Shown here: positions 1-8,387 of the stretch, piece after piece
Position numbering within the stretch: position 1 is the stretch's first letter
Layout of the letters: each line of letters starts with the position of its first letter
Assembly (NCBI GenBank): GCA_964442545.1
Contig: CAYUAN010000220.1
Span: forward strand, 1-38,812
Direction: 5' to 3'
DNA: 38,812 nucleotides
Origin: an uncultured Prolixibacteraceae bacterium
Lineage (GTDB): Bacteria; Bacteroidota; Bacteroidia; Bacteroidales; UBA1556
Made by a program: the position numbers and the translations under genes
Notes under the pieces: model-generated
What the model was told of the DNA's origin: nothing
Database searches by the model: none
Seen by the model: only the letters and a program-made list of their open reading frames with translations

Positions 1-2
1 AT

Positions 3-881
3 GTTGCCTACAAAGATTACCACTGGATGATGAAATTTGTGGAGCAGATGCTGGAGAAAGTGGCTATGGATGTTAACGGAACCACCGAACTGCAATATGG
101 TGAGCATAAAGTAAACTTTAAGGCGCCTTTTAAGCGGGTGCCGATGCTGGAAGCCATTAAGGAGCATACCGGCTACGACCTTACGGGAAAAAGTGAAGAG
201 GAAATTCGCAATATATGCCATGAGTTGGGTATCGAAACGGATCCTTCCATGGGCAAAGGAAAGCTGATTGATGAAATCTTCGGAGAGAAGTGCGAGCACC
301 ATTATATTCAGCCTACCTTTATTACCGATTATCCGGTGGAAATGTCGCCCTTGTGTAAAAAGCATCGCGACAATCCTGATTTAACCGAACGCTTTGAGCT
401 GTTTGTGAACGGAAAGGAATTGGCTAACGCCTATACCGAGCTGAACGACCCGATTGACCAGCGTGAACGCTTTGAGGAGCAGTTGCGCCTGTCGGAAAAG
501 GGAGACGATGAGGCGATGTTTATCGACCACGATTTCTTGCGTGCTTTGGAATTCGGTATGCCTCCAACCTCGGGAATGGGCATTGGCATCGACCGTTTGG
601 TAATGTTTATGACCAATAACGATTCGATTCAGGAAGTGCTTTTCTTCCCGCAAATGCGTCCCGAGAAAAAACCGGAAGTAACTTCCGATAAAGAGTTTAT
701 CGCTCTGGGTATTCCCGAGGTTTGGGTGCCGGTCTTGCGCAAGGCGGGAATCAATACCATTGAAGTTTTGAAGGAGCAAAACCCCAATAAACTGCATGGA
801 CAACTTTGTGGCTTACGCAAAAAGATGAAGCTTGATATTAAGAACCCTACCCCCGAAGAGGTGAAAGATTGGGTGGGATAG
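3..881 (+). CDS. lysS: Lysyl-tRNA synthetase, class II, C-terminal part (5' end lies outside the window)
   Basis: Frame 3 is open from the window edge (VAYKDYHWMMKF...). It carries class II LysRS core motifs FELFVNGKELANAYTELNDP and GMPPTSGMGIGIDRLVM. TAG stop at 879-881. About 70 aa extend beyond the usual ...FPQMRPEK end. Confidence 0.9.
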   Translation, partial: VAYKDYHWMMKFVEQMLEKVAMDVNGTTELQYGEHKVNFKAPFKRVPMLEAIKEHTGYDLTGKSEEEIRNICHELGIETDPSMGKGKLIDEIFGEKCEHHYIQPTFITDYPVEMSPLCKKHRDNPDLTERFELFVNGKELANAYTELNDPIDQRERFEEQLRLSEKGDDEAMFIDHDFLRALEFGMPPTSGMGIGIDRLVMFMTNNDSIQEVLFFPQMRPEKKPEVTSDKEFIALGIPEVWVPVLRKAGINTIEVLKEQNPNKLHGQLCGLRKKMKLDIKNPTPEEVKDWVG

Positions 882-1195
882 GGTTTATTCTCGAATTGTG
901 CTATAAAAATCGGAGTTAACAGATACATTCGTGTCTAGTAAGTTCTCGTATATAATAATACGTTTCGTAATTTTCTTTTGTAAACTTACAAAAAACAGCC
1001 CCCTGTTCAAAGTATTTATGTTGTGGCTATTATTTGAAATTTAAGAATTCAAACAATATTTATATAAGCGTTTCGGGCTGTTTATCAAAATATTATATGA
1101 GTTAATCAGACCAAGCGAGCAATAATTGTTGCACCGGCTTTTTGGAAAAACAAAAATTAGTTTAATTTTACGTTTTTATACCACTAATTGATTCT

Positions 1196-2605
1196 ATGAA
1201 AAAAATTGCGCTTCATTGGCAGATACTGATAGCACTTATCGCGGCTATTATTTACGGTATTGTTTTTAGTACTGAATATGAGGTGCGGGAAACCAGTATC
1301 GTACGCGCTCAAATAAATAACGTCAATCCGCAGGTTATTGCCCAATACGAACAGTTGAAAGGCCGGACATTCAAAACCAAAGCCGCATTAAAAAAGGCCT
1401 TGGCCGAAAATATTCAGATTGATTACAGCAAATACGAAAAGCAATTAATTAAGTTTGCCTATTACAATCCGTATATCCGTCATGTTAGCTGGCTGGGCGA
1501 TTTGTTTATGCGCGCACTGAAGATGTTGATTATACCCTTGGTGTTAAGCTCGCTGATTAGCGGGGTATCGAATCTTGGCGGCAGCGAGAATCTGGGGCGT
1601 TTAGGGATAAAAACGCTTTCCTATTATGTGCTTACCAGCACCTTGGCGATTATTACGGGTTTGTTTTTCGTTAATCTCTTAAAACCGGGTGTTGGAGTGG
1701 ATCGCAGTGCGGAAGGCCTGGTGGACGGATTAAGTACATCCGCCAATTCCATTGGGGAAACACTTCTGGACATCGTGCCGACGAATTTATTCGAATCCCT
1801 TAGTCGCGGCGATATGCTGTCGATAATATTTTTCGCCATTTTATTTGGATTTTTCATCACGAAAGTAGGAGATAAGCCTCGCATAATCATGACAGATTTT
1901 TTCAACGCCATGTTTGATGTGATGATGAAAATTACCATGTGGGTAATCCGTTTTACCCCGCTGGGCGTATTTGGAATTGTTTCAAAAGTAATTGCTGACC
2001 AGAATGATTTAATGGGACTGGCAGCACGTATGGGTTTATATATGCTTACGGTTTTGCTTGGGCTGTTTTTCCACGCCTTTATTACGTTACCCCTGCTGAC
2101 CCGTTTTATCGGCAAGGTGAATCCGTTAAAGCATTTCAAGGCGGTAACTACACCCTTGCTTACCGCGTTCTCCACTTCATCGTCGGGCGCCACCCTGCCC
2201 TTGACCATGACGGCCGTGGAACGTAATGACGGGGTATCGAACAAAATAACCAGCTTTACTTTACCGCTTGGCGCAACGGTAAATATGGACGGTACGGCTT
2301 TATACGAATTGGTGGTTGCCGTGTTTATCGCACAGGCCTATGGTTTCGATTTGAGCTTTGGCGAACAAATGATAATGGTGCTGACTGCTTTGTTGGCCTC
2401 CATTGGGGCTGCGGCCATTCCTATGGCCGGTATGGTAATGATTACCGTGGTGCTTACCGTGGCCGGATTGCCTTTGGAAGGAATCGGGATGGTACTGGCC
2501 GTGGACCGTATTCTGGATATGTTCCGCACTTCCGTTAATGTTTGGAGCGACACCTGCGGTGCTGTTATTATTGCCAAATCGGAAGGGGAAGAGCTTAAGG
2601 TTTAA
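1196..2605 (+). CDS. Dicarboxylate/amino acid:cation symporter (DAACS/GltP family)
   Basis: ATG start, 469 aa, multi-TM. Family signatures present: LGDLFMRALKMLIIPLVLSSL, SSSGATLP, NMDGTALYE, DRILDMFRTSVNVWSD. Confidence 0.85.
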   Translation: MKKIALHWQILIALIAAIIYGIVFSTEYEVRETSIVRAQINNVNPQVIAQYEQLKGRTFKTKAALKKALAENIQIDYSKYEKQLIKFAYYNPYIRHVSWLGDLFMRALKMLIIPLVLSSLISGVSNLGGSENLGRLGIKTLSYYVLTSTLAIITGLFFVNLLKPGVGVDRSAEGLVDGLSTSANSIGETLLDIVPTNLFESLSRGDMLSIIFFAILFGFFITKVGDKPRIIMTDFFNAMFDVMMKITMWVIRFTPLGVFGIVSKVIADQNDLMGLAARMGLYMLTVLLGLFFHAFITLPLLTRFIGKVNPLKHFKAVTTPLLTAFSTSSSGATLPLTMTAVERNDGVSNKITSFTLPLGATVNMDGTALYELVVAVFIAQAYGFDLSFGEQMIMVLTALLASIGAAAIPMAGMVMITVVLTVAGLPLEGIGMVLAVDRILDMFRTSVNVWSDTCGAVIIAKSEGEELKV

Positions 2606-4154
2606 TCAGGAATTTTCGCACTTTACTGATTAAGGATTTCACATCAATCGGCTTCGAAATACAGTCGTCAAACATTTCTTCTTTTTTTGTTTCTTCATTG
2701 TATTCCAGGTTTACCGCTGTTTGGGCAATCACGGGCAAATCGGGTTTCAGCCGTCGGATATGTTTAATGGCCTCATAACCATTCATCACAGGCATTTGAA
2801 TATCCAGCAACATCAAGTCGATACTGCTGTCCTTTTCCAATATGTCTATGGCTTCCTGCCCGTTGGTCGCTTTACTGATTTTTACATTTGTTTTGCTGAG
2901 AATAATACGCAAAAGCTCGTAGTTAATGGTATCATCATCTGCAATCAGAATGTGGTAATTACTCCAATCCTGTGAATCCACCCCACCGATTTTCATCGCT
3001 TGTTTTTTCTTGTAATTGGGGTTGTATTTCATGTGGTCCACCGGAACGCTGAAATAAAACTCGGACCCTTTTCCTTCTTGGGAATAGGCCCAAAGTCTTC
3101 CGCCCAACAACTCCGCCAGCCGTTTTGAAATATCCAGTCCGAGGCCCGTGCCTTTGATGTTTTGTGTTTTCGTTCCGCTTTCCCGCGAAAAACGATTGAA
3201 AATCTCATCCATATGCTCGCGGGCGATTCCGATTCCGGTATCCTTTACATAAAATTCTATCTGATGGGTATCTTTAACGGAATAGCCAAATTCAACATGG
3301 CCTTCATTGGTGTATTTGATGGCATTACTCAGTAAATTGGACAAAATCTGACGAATACGATCCGGATCGGATTGGATAACAAATTCCGGATCATCAATGG
3401 GTTTGTTTAAAATTAAACGGAGATTTTTACGCAATTTTACCTGTTTTTGAAACGATAAATACAGTTCTTCCATCAAACCGTTCAAACGGGTGTCCCGTTT
3501 GTGAATCATTAACTTGTTGGCCTCTATTTTACTGATATCAAGAATGTCGTTAATCAAATGCAACAGCATCTTTTCGTTGCTTTGCATCAACGAAACATAG
3601 TGCTTTCGTTCATCTTGCGACAGACTTTCATCCTCAGCCAGGATATGCGAAAATCCTAATATGGCATTCAAAGGATTCCGGATGTCATGCGACATATTAG
3701 CCAAAAAGTTTGTTTTCAGTTCCGCATTGCTTTTTGCTTGTTTAATTGCTTCCGTCAGTTCAAATTGCAATTGCTTTCGTTTGTTAATGTCGCGCACACT
3801 GGCCTGTGTAAAAAGCTCCCCATCAATTTCGAATCTGCTGAGGGAAATCTCCGTATAAAAATTTGTGCCGTCATTTTTTTGATGAATCCAATCGAATATC
3901 TGCCGCTCTCCGTCCTGAGCTTTTTCGATTTCCGACATAGCCAGGGTTTTTGATTGGCTCCCGTCTTCTTGTGTCTCCGGGGAAATATCCCAAGGTGTTT
4001 TCCCGATTAAATCGTCTGTTTTCTCATAACCAAACAAATCCACCGCCTGTTGGTTACATAATACAATCTTACCATTTTTCAGTATCAACAAAGCATCATT
4101 GGATCTCTCAAAAATTGTTTTGTAAAAATCTGACCCGGTAATAAGTTCCTTCAT
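2595..4154 (-). CDS. Hybrid sensor histidine kinase/response regulator (PAS-HisKA-HATPase-REC)
   Basis: N-terminal PAS-like region. H-box FLANMSHDIRNPLNAI, N-box LLSNAIKYT, G-boxes DTGIGI and GTGLGL. C-terminal receiver domain with ILIADDD and LMLLDIQMP. Lies 15 nt downstream of lgt on the same strand. Confidence 0.9.
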   Translation of the reverse strand: MKELITGSDFYKTIFERSNDALLILKNGKIVLCNQQAVDLFGYEKTDDLIGKTPWDISPETQEDGSQSKTLAMSEIEKAQDGERQIFDWIHQKNDGTNFYTEISLSRFEIDGELFTQASVRDINKRKQLQFELTEAIKQAKSNAELKTNFLANMSHDIRNPLNAILGFSHILAEDESLSQDERKHYVSLMQSNEKMLLHLINDILDISKIEANKLMIHKRDTRLNGLMEELYLSFQKQVKLRKNLRLILNKPIDDPEFVIQSDPDRIRQILSNLLSNAIKYTNEGHVEFGYSVKDTHQIEFYVKDTGIGIAREHMDEIFNRFSRESGTKTQNIKGTGLGLDISKRLAELLGGRLWAYSQEGKGSEFYFSVPVDHMKYNPNYKKKQAMKIGGVDSQDWSNYHILIADDDTINYELLRIILSKTNVKISKATNGQEAIDILEKDSSIDLMLLDIQMPVMNGYEAIKHIRRLKPDLPVIAQTAVNLEYNEETKKEEMFDDCISKPIDVKSLISKVRKFLIKP

Positions 4155-4169
4155 ATTCTTCTTATTGTT

Positions 4170-4970
4170 TTAGGGCGAAGCCGCCTTGTTTTTGGATGTA
4201 ATCAAAAAGTAAATCCCGGCTAAAACCAAGGGAATGCTCAATAATTGCCCCATATTCAAGATGGCGTCGTGGTTGATAAAACTACTTTGATGGTATTTCA
4301 AAAACTCGATAAAAAAGCGGAAACCGAACACCAAAATTAAAAACCAACCGAATAATTGGCCGTGGCGAATTTCCCCGTCCTTTTTTTTATACAGAAACCA
4401 TAAAAAGGCGAAGATTAAGAAGTAACCTAATGCTTCATAGATTTGCGTGGGATGTTTCGGAATAATTTCTCCGTTATTTACAAAAATAAATCCCCAGGGC
4501 AAATCGGTCGGGCCGCCGTAAATCTCTGAATTCATCAAATTTCCCAAACGAATTAAGCCGCCTGTGAGGGCCGTGGGAACGACCACCCGGTCCAGTGTCC
4601 ACAGGTAATTTCGTTTGAACTTCCGGGCATACAGATACACGGTAATCAGAATCCCGATTGCCCCGCCATGACTGGCCAGTCCTCCGTGCCATACTTTCAA
4701 AATTTCGGAAGGTTGTTGCCGGTATGCATCCCAATCGTAAAAAAACACATGGCCGAAACGTGCACCGAGCACAGCACCCAAAATAACATAAATGGTTAGT
4801 TTGTCCACTTCTTCCACTTCCAGCCCGGCCTTTTGATAGAAGTAACTTACGATATAAAAACTCAGCACAAAGCCGGATGCGAAAAGCAATCCGTAATAGC
4901 GTACCTGAAGCGGCCCCAGCTCAAAAATCACAGGGTCCAGCGACCAGGTTATTGCGTTTAATATTCCCAT
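4170..4970 (-). CDS. lgt: Prolipoprotein diacylglyceryl transferase
   Basis: Lgt motifs RYYGLLFASGF, HGGLASHGGAIG and PTQIYEAL. I chose the ATG at 4970, because the track start at 5000 is a TTG. Confidence 0.88.
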   Translation of the reverse strand: MGILNAITWSLDPVIFELGPLQVRYYGLLFASGFVLSFYIVSYFYQKAGLEVEEVDKLTIYVILGAVLGARFGHVFFYDWDAYRQQPSEILKVWHGGLASHGGAIGILITVYLYARKFKRNYLWTLDRVVVPTALTGGLIRLGNLMNSEIYGGPTDLPWGFIFVNNGEIIPKHPTQIYEALGYFLIFAFLWFLYKKKDGEIRHGQLFGWFLILVFGFRFFIEFLKYHQSSFINHDAILNMGQLLSIPLVLAGIYFLITSKNKAASP

Positions 4971-5238
4971 AGCAGGGCAAAGGTAATCAGATTCTGCCAA
5001 GAATTCCGTATTTAAATCGGTTTACCGGATGATGAAGGGGCGATTTCTCTTTTAGCTCCTGCCTGCCGCGGAAGGGCTTCATCTTTGTTCACAAATAAAT
5101 AAGCAAATCAATGGGTAAGCACTCCGTATCACATAAAATAAAATCCTTATTTACACGTTGATATAGCCAAAAGTCAGACAATATTCGGCAAAAGCGATTT
5201 TTTAGCTAATATTGGACTTTCATTTTTGCACGGGAATA

Positions 5239-6291
5239 ATGAACAAAAATCAAGGCATTTTATATTTGGGAATACTGCTTTTGTTTGCCGCTAACGCGAT
5301 GGCGCAACTCGGAGGCAGCAACACCTATATGTTTCTGAATATGACCAACTCGGCAAGAATATCGGCCCTTGGCGGCAACTTTGTCCCGGTATATGATGAT
5401 GATATTAACCTGGCTTACTCCAATCCGTCGTTGATTAGCAAGGAGATGAATAATCAGGTTTCCCTGAATTATCTGAATTATTTTGATGATGTGAACGCCG
5501 GTTTTGTGGCTTACGGACATCATTTCCAAAAAGCAGGTTCCTTTGTGGCCACTTTGCAATTTTTGGGCTATGGCGACTTTACGGAACGTGATGCTGCCGG
5601 CAATGAATTAGGAAGTTTTCGTGCGGGAGAATATTCGTTGAATATCGGCTGGTCGAAAATGCTGAGTGAGCATTTTGTGATGGGCGTAAACCTGAAAAAT
5701 ATTTATTCGCATTTGGATAAATATTCATCCTACGGAATTGCCGTGGATGTGGCGGCCAGTTATATCAACACCGGCCAACAACTTTATTCGTCGCTGATTG
5801 TAAAAAATATCGGACGCCAGATTACCACCTATACCGATGGCGATCATGAGTCGCTTCCCTTTGAAATTCAATGGGGAATTTCCAAAAAGTTCGAGCATGC
5901 GCCTTTCCGCTTGATATTATTAGTCAACGATTTGCAGAAATGGGATTTGACCTATAGCGACCCCAATAAAGAACCCGAGATAGACCCTTTTACCGGTGAA
6001 GAAATAAACACCACGGGTTGGGATTGGGGCGATAAGTTAATGCGGCATGCCGTAGTGGGCGTGGAATTTGTCCCCGGCAAAGGGAATTTCATGGTGCAAT
6101 TGGCTTATAATTATCGCCGGCGCCAGGAGCTGAAGCTGGCCAGCCGTACCGCCCTGGTGGGCTTTTCCTTTGGATTTGGCATTCGCATTTACAAATTTAA
6201 AATTAGTTATGCCCACGCGAATTATCATTTGGCCGGAGGTGCCAACACCTTTACCATCACGACCAATATTTCCGACTTCCTAAAGGAATAA
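5239..6291 (+). CDS. porQ: T9SS-associated outer-membrane beta-barrel protein, PorQ-like
   Basis: Signal peptide (LLLFAANAMAQ) followed by YMFLNMTNSARISALGG, which I associate from memory with PorQ. Alternating beta-strand pattern with an aromatic C-terminus. ATG at 5239; the track start at 5212 is TTG. Confidence 0.5.
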   Translation: MNKNQGILYLGILLLFAANAMAQLGGSNTYMFLNMTNSARISALGGNFVPVYDDDINLAYSNPSLISKEMNNQVSLNYLNYFDDVNAGFVAYGHHFQKAGSFVATLQFLGYGDFTERDAAGNELGSFRAGEYSLNIGWSKMLSEHFVMGVNLKNIYSHLDKYSSYGIAVDVAASYINTGQQLYSSLIVKNIGRQITTYTDGDHESLPFEIQWGISKKFEHAPFRLILLVNDLQKWDLTYSDPNKEPEIDPFTGEEINTTGWDWGDKLMRHAVVGVEFVPGKGNFMVQLAYNYRRRQELKLASRTALVGFSFGFGIRIYKFKISYAHANYHLAGGANTFTITTNISDFLKE

Positions 6292-6292
6292 C

Positions 6293-7294
6293 TTATTGCA
6301 CAAAGCCGTATTCTTTCCGCACATCCAAAGTGGTACTGTCCGCAGGCAAAATCCGTGGATCGGAAATTAGCGGGATATGTTGCTTTTCGATAATATCCAA
6401 AGCATCCTTCGTACGGATAAAATAATCCATAAATTTACCGGCACCAATGGCGTTTTTTCCTACATTAATCCGGCATATTGCATAGCGAATGGGAGCGCCT
6501 TTACGTTCCAGATACTTTCCCGGTTCCACATTATCCACTTTAACTTTTGCCATACTGTAATATGAACGCCATTTTTCAAGTTTCAGGTTTAATTGTTCGG
6601 GGAGTGTTACAAATTTTAAACCCAATTGTTGCGCTTCCGATTTATAAGTGAAAACATAATCTACCGAGGCCTTTTTTAATAGCGCAAACATTTGAGCCTC
6701 CGCATTAACAATAAATCGCTTGTCCTTAAAAAGCAGGAGGTCCTTTATTCCGTCTTCATTATAATAATTTTCCGCCAGTTTAATGGTGATTACCGCACGG
6801 TACCCCACCGGAGCATAATCGGGATCGGTGCGGCTGAAATGCACATTGGAATCGAGCAAAATCTGATACCAGTTTTCGGTATTGATGTCTTCTGCCCGGC
6901 GACTATTTTCGGTATAGGCAATTACCATTTCGTCTTGTGCAAATATATAATACCAATGTGTGTACCAGGGAATCAATAAATTTTCGATTACCCGAAAATC
7001 GCTGGTAATAAAAATATCCGCTTTTGCGGAACCGCGGGTGATGCGTTGTGCCATACGGCGGCTGCCATCGGCGATAAATACAGGATGAATACCCGGATTT
7101 TGCCGTTCAAAATCAGTAGCCAATATTTTTACCGCACGTTCCATTACCTGGTCGTAGGTAATCACAAGCTCGCCTTTTCCGGCAAGGGAATCGGCTATTT
7201 CTTGCATTCGGACTTCTTTTTTATCCAAGCTTCTCGTACACGAAAAACCAAGGACAAGCAGCAATAAAAAAGAGATTGGTATGATGTGTCGCAT
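6293..7294 (-). CDS. Periplasmic substrate-binding lipoprotein, WtpA/ModA-like oxyanion-binding fold
   Basis: Lipobox-like LLVLGFSC. The SRTDPDYAPVGYRA motif resembles the DPxxDPxGYR motif of tungstate/molybdate binding proteins. No permease or ATPase gene lies adjacent. ATG at 7294. Confidence 0.55.
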   Translation of the reverse strand: MRHIIPISFLLLLVLGFSCTRSLDKKEVRMQEIADSLAGKGELVITYDQVMERAVKILATDFERQNPGIHPVFIADGSRRMAQRITRGSAKADIFITSDFRVIENLLIPWYTHWYYIFAQDEMVIAYTENSRRAEDINTENWYQILLDSNVHFSRTDPDYAPVGYRAVITIKLAENYYNEDGIKDLLLFKDKRFIVNAEAQMFALLKKASVDYVFTYKSEAQQLGLKFVTLPEQLNLKLEKWRSYYSMAKVKVDNVEPGKYLERKGAPIRYAICRINVGKNAIGAGKFMDYFIRTKDALDIIEKQHIPLISDPRILPADSTTLDVRKEYGFVQ

Positions 7295-7319
7295 CAATCA
7301 GTGATTTAATAATTGTCGG

Positions 7320-7327
7320 CAAAAATA
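7320..7327 (-). promoter_or_regulatory. Candidate -7 box (TATTTTTG) for the binding-lipoprotein gene
   Basis: CAAAAATA on the + strand, 26 nt upstream of the ATG at 7294. Confidence 0.38.
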
Positions 7328-7355
7328 GAAAATATTCATTGTCTGTATATTTTTC

Positions 7356-8375
7356 CTAAAAAAAGCGGCCTGACAGCTCCGCATTATTGCTTTGCAGGGC
7401 TTTTAGTGGCTCCGACTTTTTCAGGATTTTCCGTTTGATAAGCCGAGCCAATGCCCGGGTGGTCCAATACTGCGCTTTAGAAATATTTTTCCGGAGCCGT
7501 TCCTCATAATCTTCGATACTGTCCTGCTGAAAGTGCAGTATATCATTTAGTTTATCACCATCGGCATAAATGCCGCAGTGAAAATTTTTACGGGCAAAAG
7601 CTTCCTCCGGGAAATCCATTTTCCCTAAACCGTAGATTTCGAAGTTTCGTTCCAGAAATTCACGGTAAGAAATACGGCATGACGGGCCGCCGCCCAAATT
7701 AAAAATACGGCCCTTAAGTTGTTCGCGTGCCTCGACGGCATTTATCAAAGCACGCGCGGTATCTTCCACAGTGGCTATTTCGAGCTGTGTTTTCAAAGGC
7801 ATATAAAACATGAGCTTCGACAAGCGGTGGTTCTTTATCCCCATAATGGCACTCAGGCGAAATATCGTCCAGTCGAGTTTGCTGCTTTGCACCAATTCTT
7901 CCGCTCTGATTTTTGTTTCTGCATAAAAATCGCCTTCGCTTGCTTGCAGTGGGTCGCCCACCCTGATTTCGGGATTTTTCAGGCGGTCGCCGTAAACGGC
8001 AATGGATGAGCTGTAAATAAAAAACGCATGAGGCGAATGTTTTTCAAGTGCCTGAATCAGGCTCTTCGTGCCAAACACATTTACACGTTCCGCCAATTTG
8101 GGTTGCTCTTCAGTCAAAGGAGGAATAACTGCCGCTAAATGAATAACGACATCGATATTTTTACAAATCCTTTCGGCCTGATGCAGATAGCTGAAATCCG
8201 CCGTGATAAATTGAGCTTGTTCGCGAAATTCGTTAAACACTTTTTTTGCCCGCCTTGAATTCCGGTTGACCACAATCACGTCATAGCGGTCATTCAAATG
8301 AACCAAGCGCTTCAGTACCTCCTTGCCGATGGTTCCCGAAGCGCCTGTTAAAAGAATTCGTTTTTTATCGCTCAT
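7356..8375 (-). CDS. NAD(P)-dependent epimerase/dehydratase-family SDR
   Basis: Rossmann motif LLTGASGTIG and catalytic YAETK (YxxxK). Lies 12 nt downstream of the C69 peptidase gene, so it is probably co-transcribed. Confidence 0.8.
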   Translation of the reverse strand: MSDKKRILLTGASGTIGKEVLKRLVHLNDRYDVIVVNRNSRRAKKVFNEFREQAQFITADFSYLHQAERICKNIDVVIHLAAVIPPLTEEQPKLAERVNVFGTKSLIQALEKHSPHAFFIYSSSIAVYGDRLKNPEIRVGDPLQASEGDFYAETKIRAEELVQSSKLDWTIFRLSAIMGIKNHRLSKLMFYMPLKTQLEIATVEDTARALINAVEAREQLKGRIFNLGGGPSCRISYREFLERNFEIYGLGKMDFPEEAFARKNFHCGIYADGDKLNDILHFQQDSIEDYEERLRKNISKAQYWTTRALARLIKRKILKKSEPLKALQSNNAELSGRFF

Positions 8376-8387
8376 AAAATTATGAGG

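Noticed and set aside
976-993. Palindrome TTTTGTAA-AC-TTACAAAA downstream of lysS, and a distal 9-nt complement (AAACAGCCC / GGGCTGTTT, about 993-1084), as a terminator, operator or structured RNA
   Set aside because: The 2-nt spacer cannot form a hairpin loop, the sequence is AT-rich and low-complexity, and the long-range pairing could be chance. No known riboswitch or sRNA pattern is recognisable.
1624-2244. 206-aa minus-strand ORF inside the DAACS symporter gene, plus similar antisense ORFs in atpA, atpG, the HK and the C25 gene
   Set aside because: All are fully embedded antisense in well-supported genes, and none has a motif or start context.
5031-5083. GATGAAG...CTTCATC inverted repeat in the lgt/PorQ-like divergent region
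   Set aside because: It is only 7 bp with a loop of about 39 nt, and it has no flanking T-tract or recognisable motif. This is within chance expectation.
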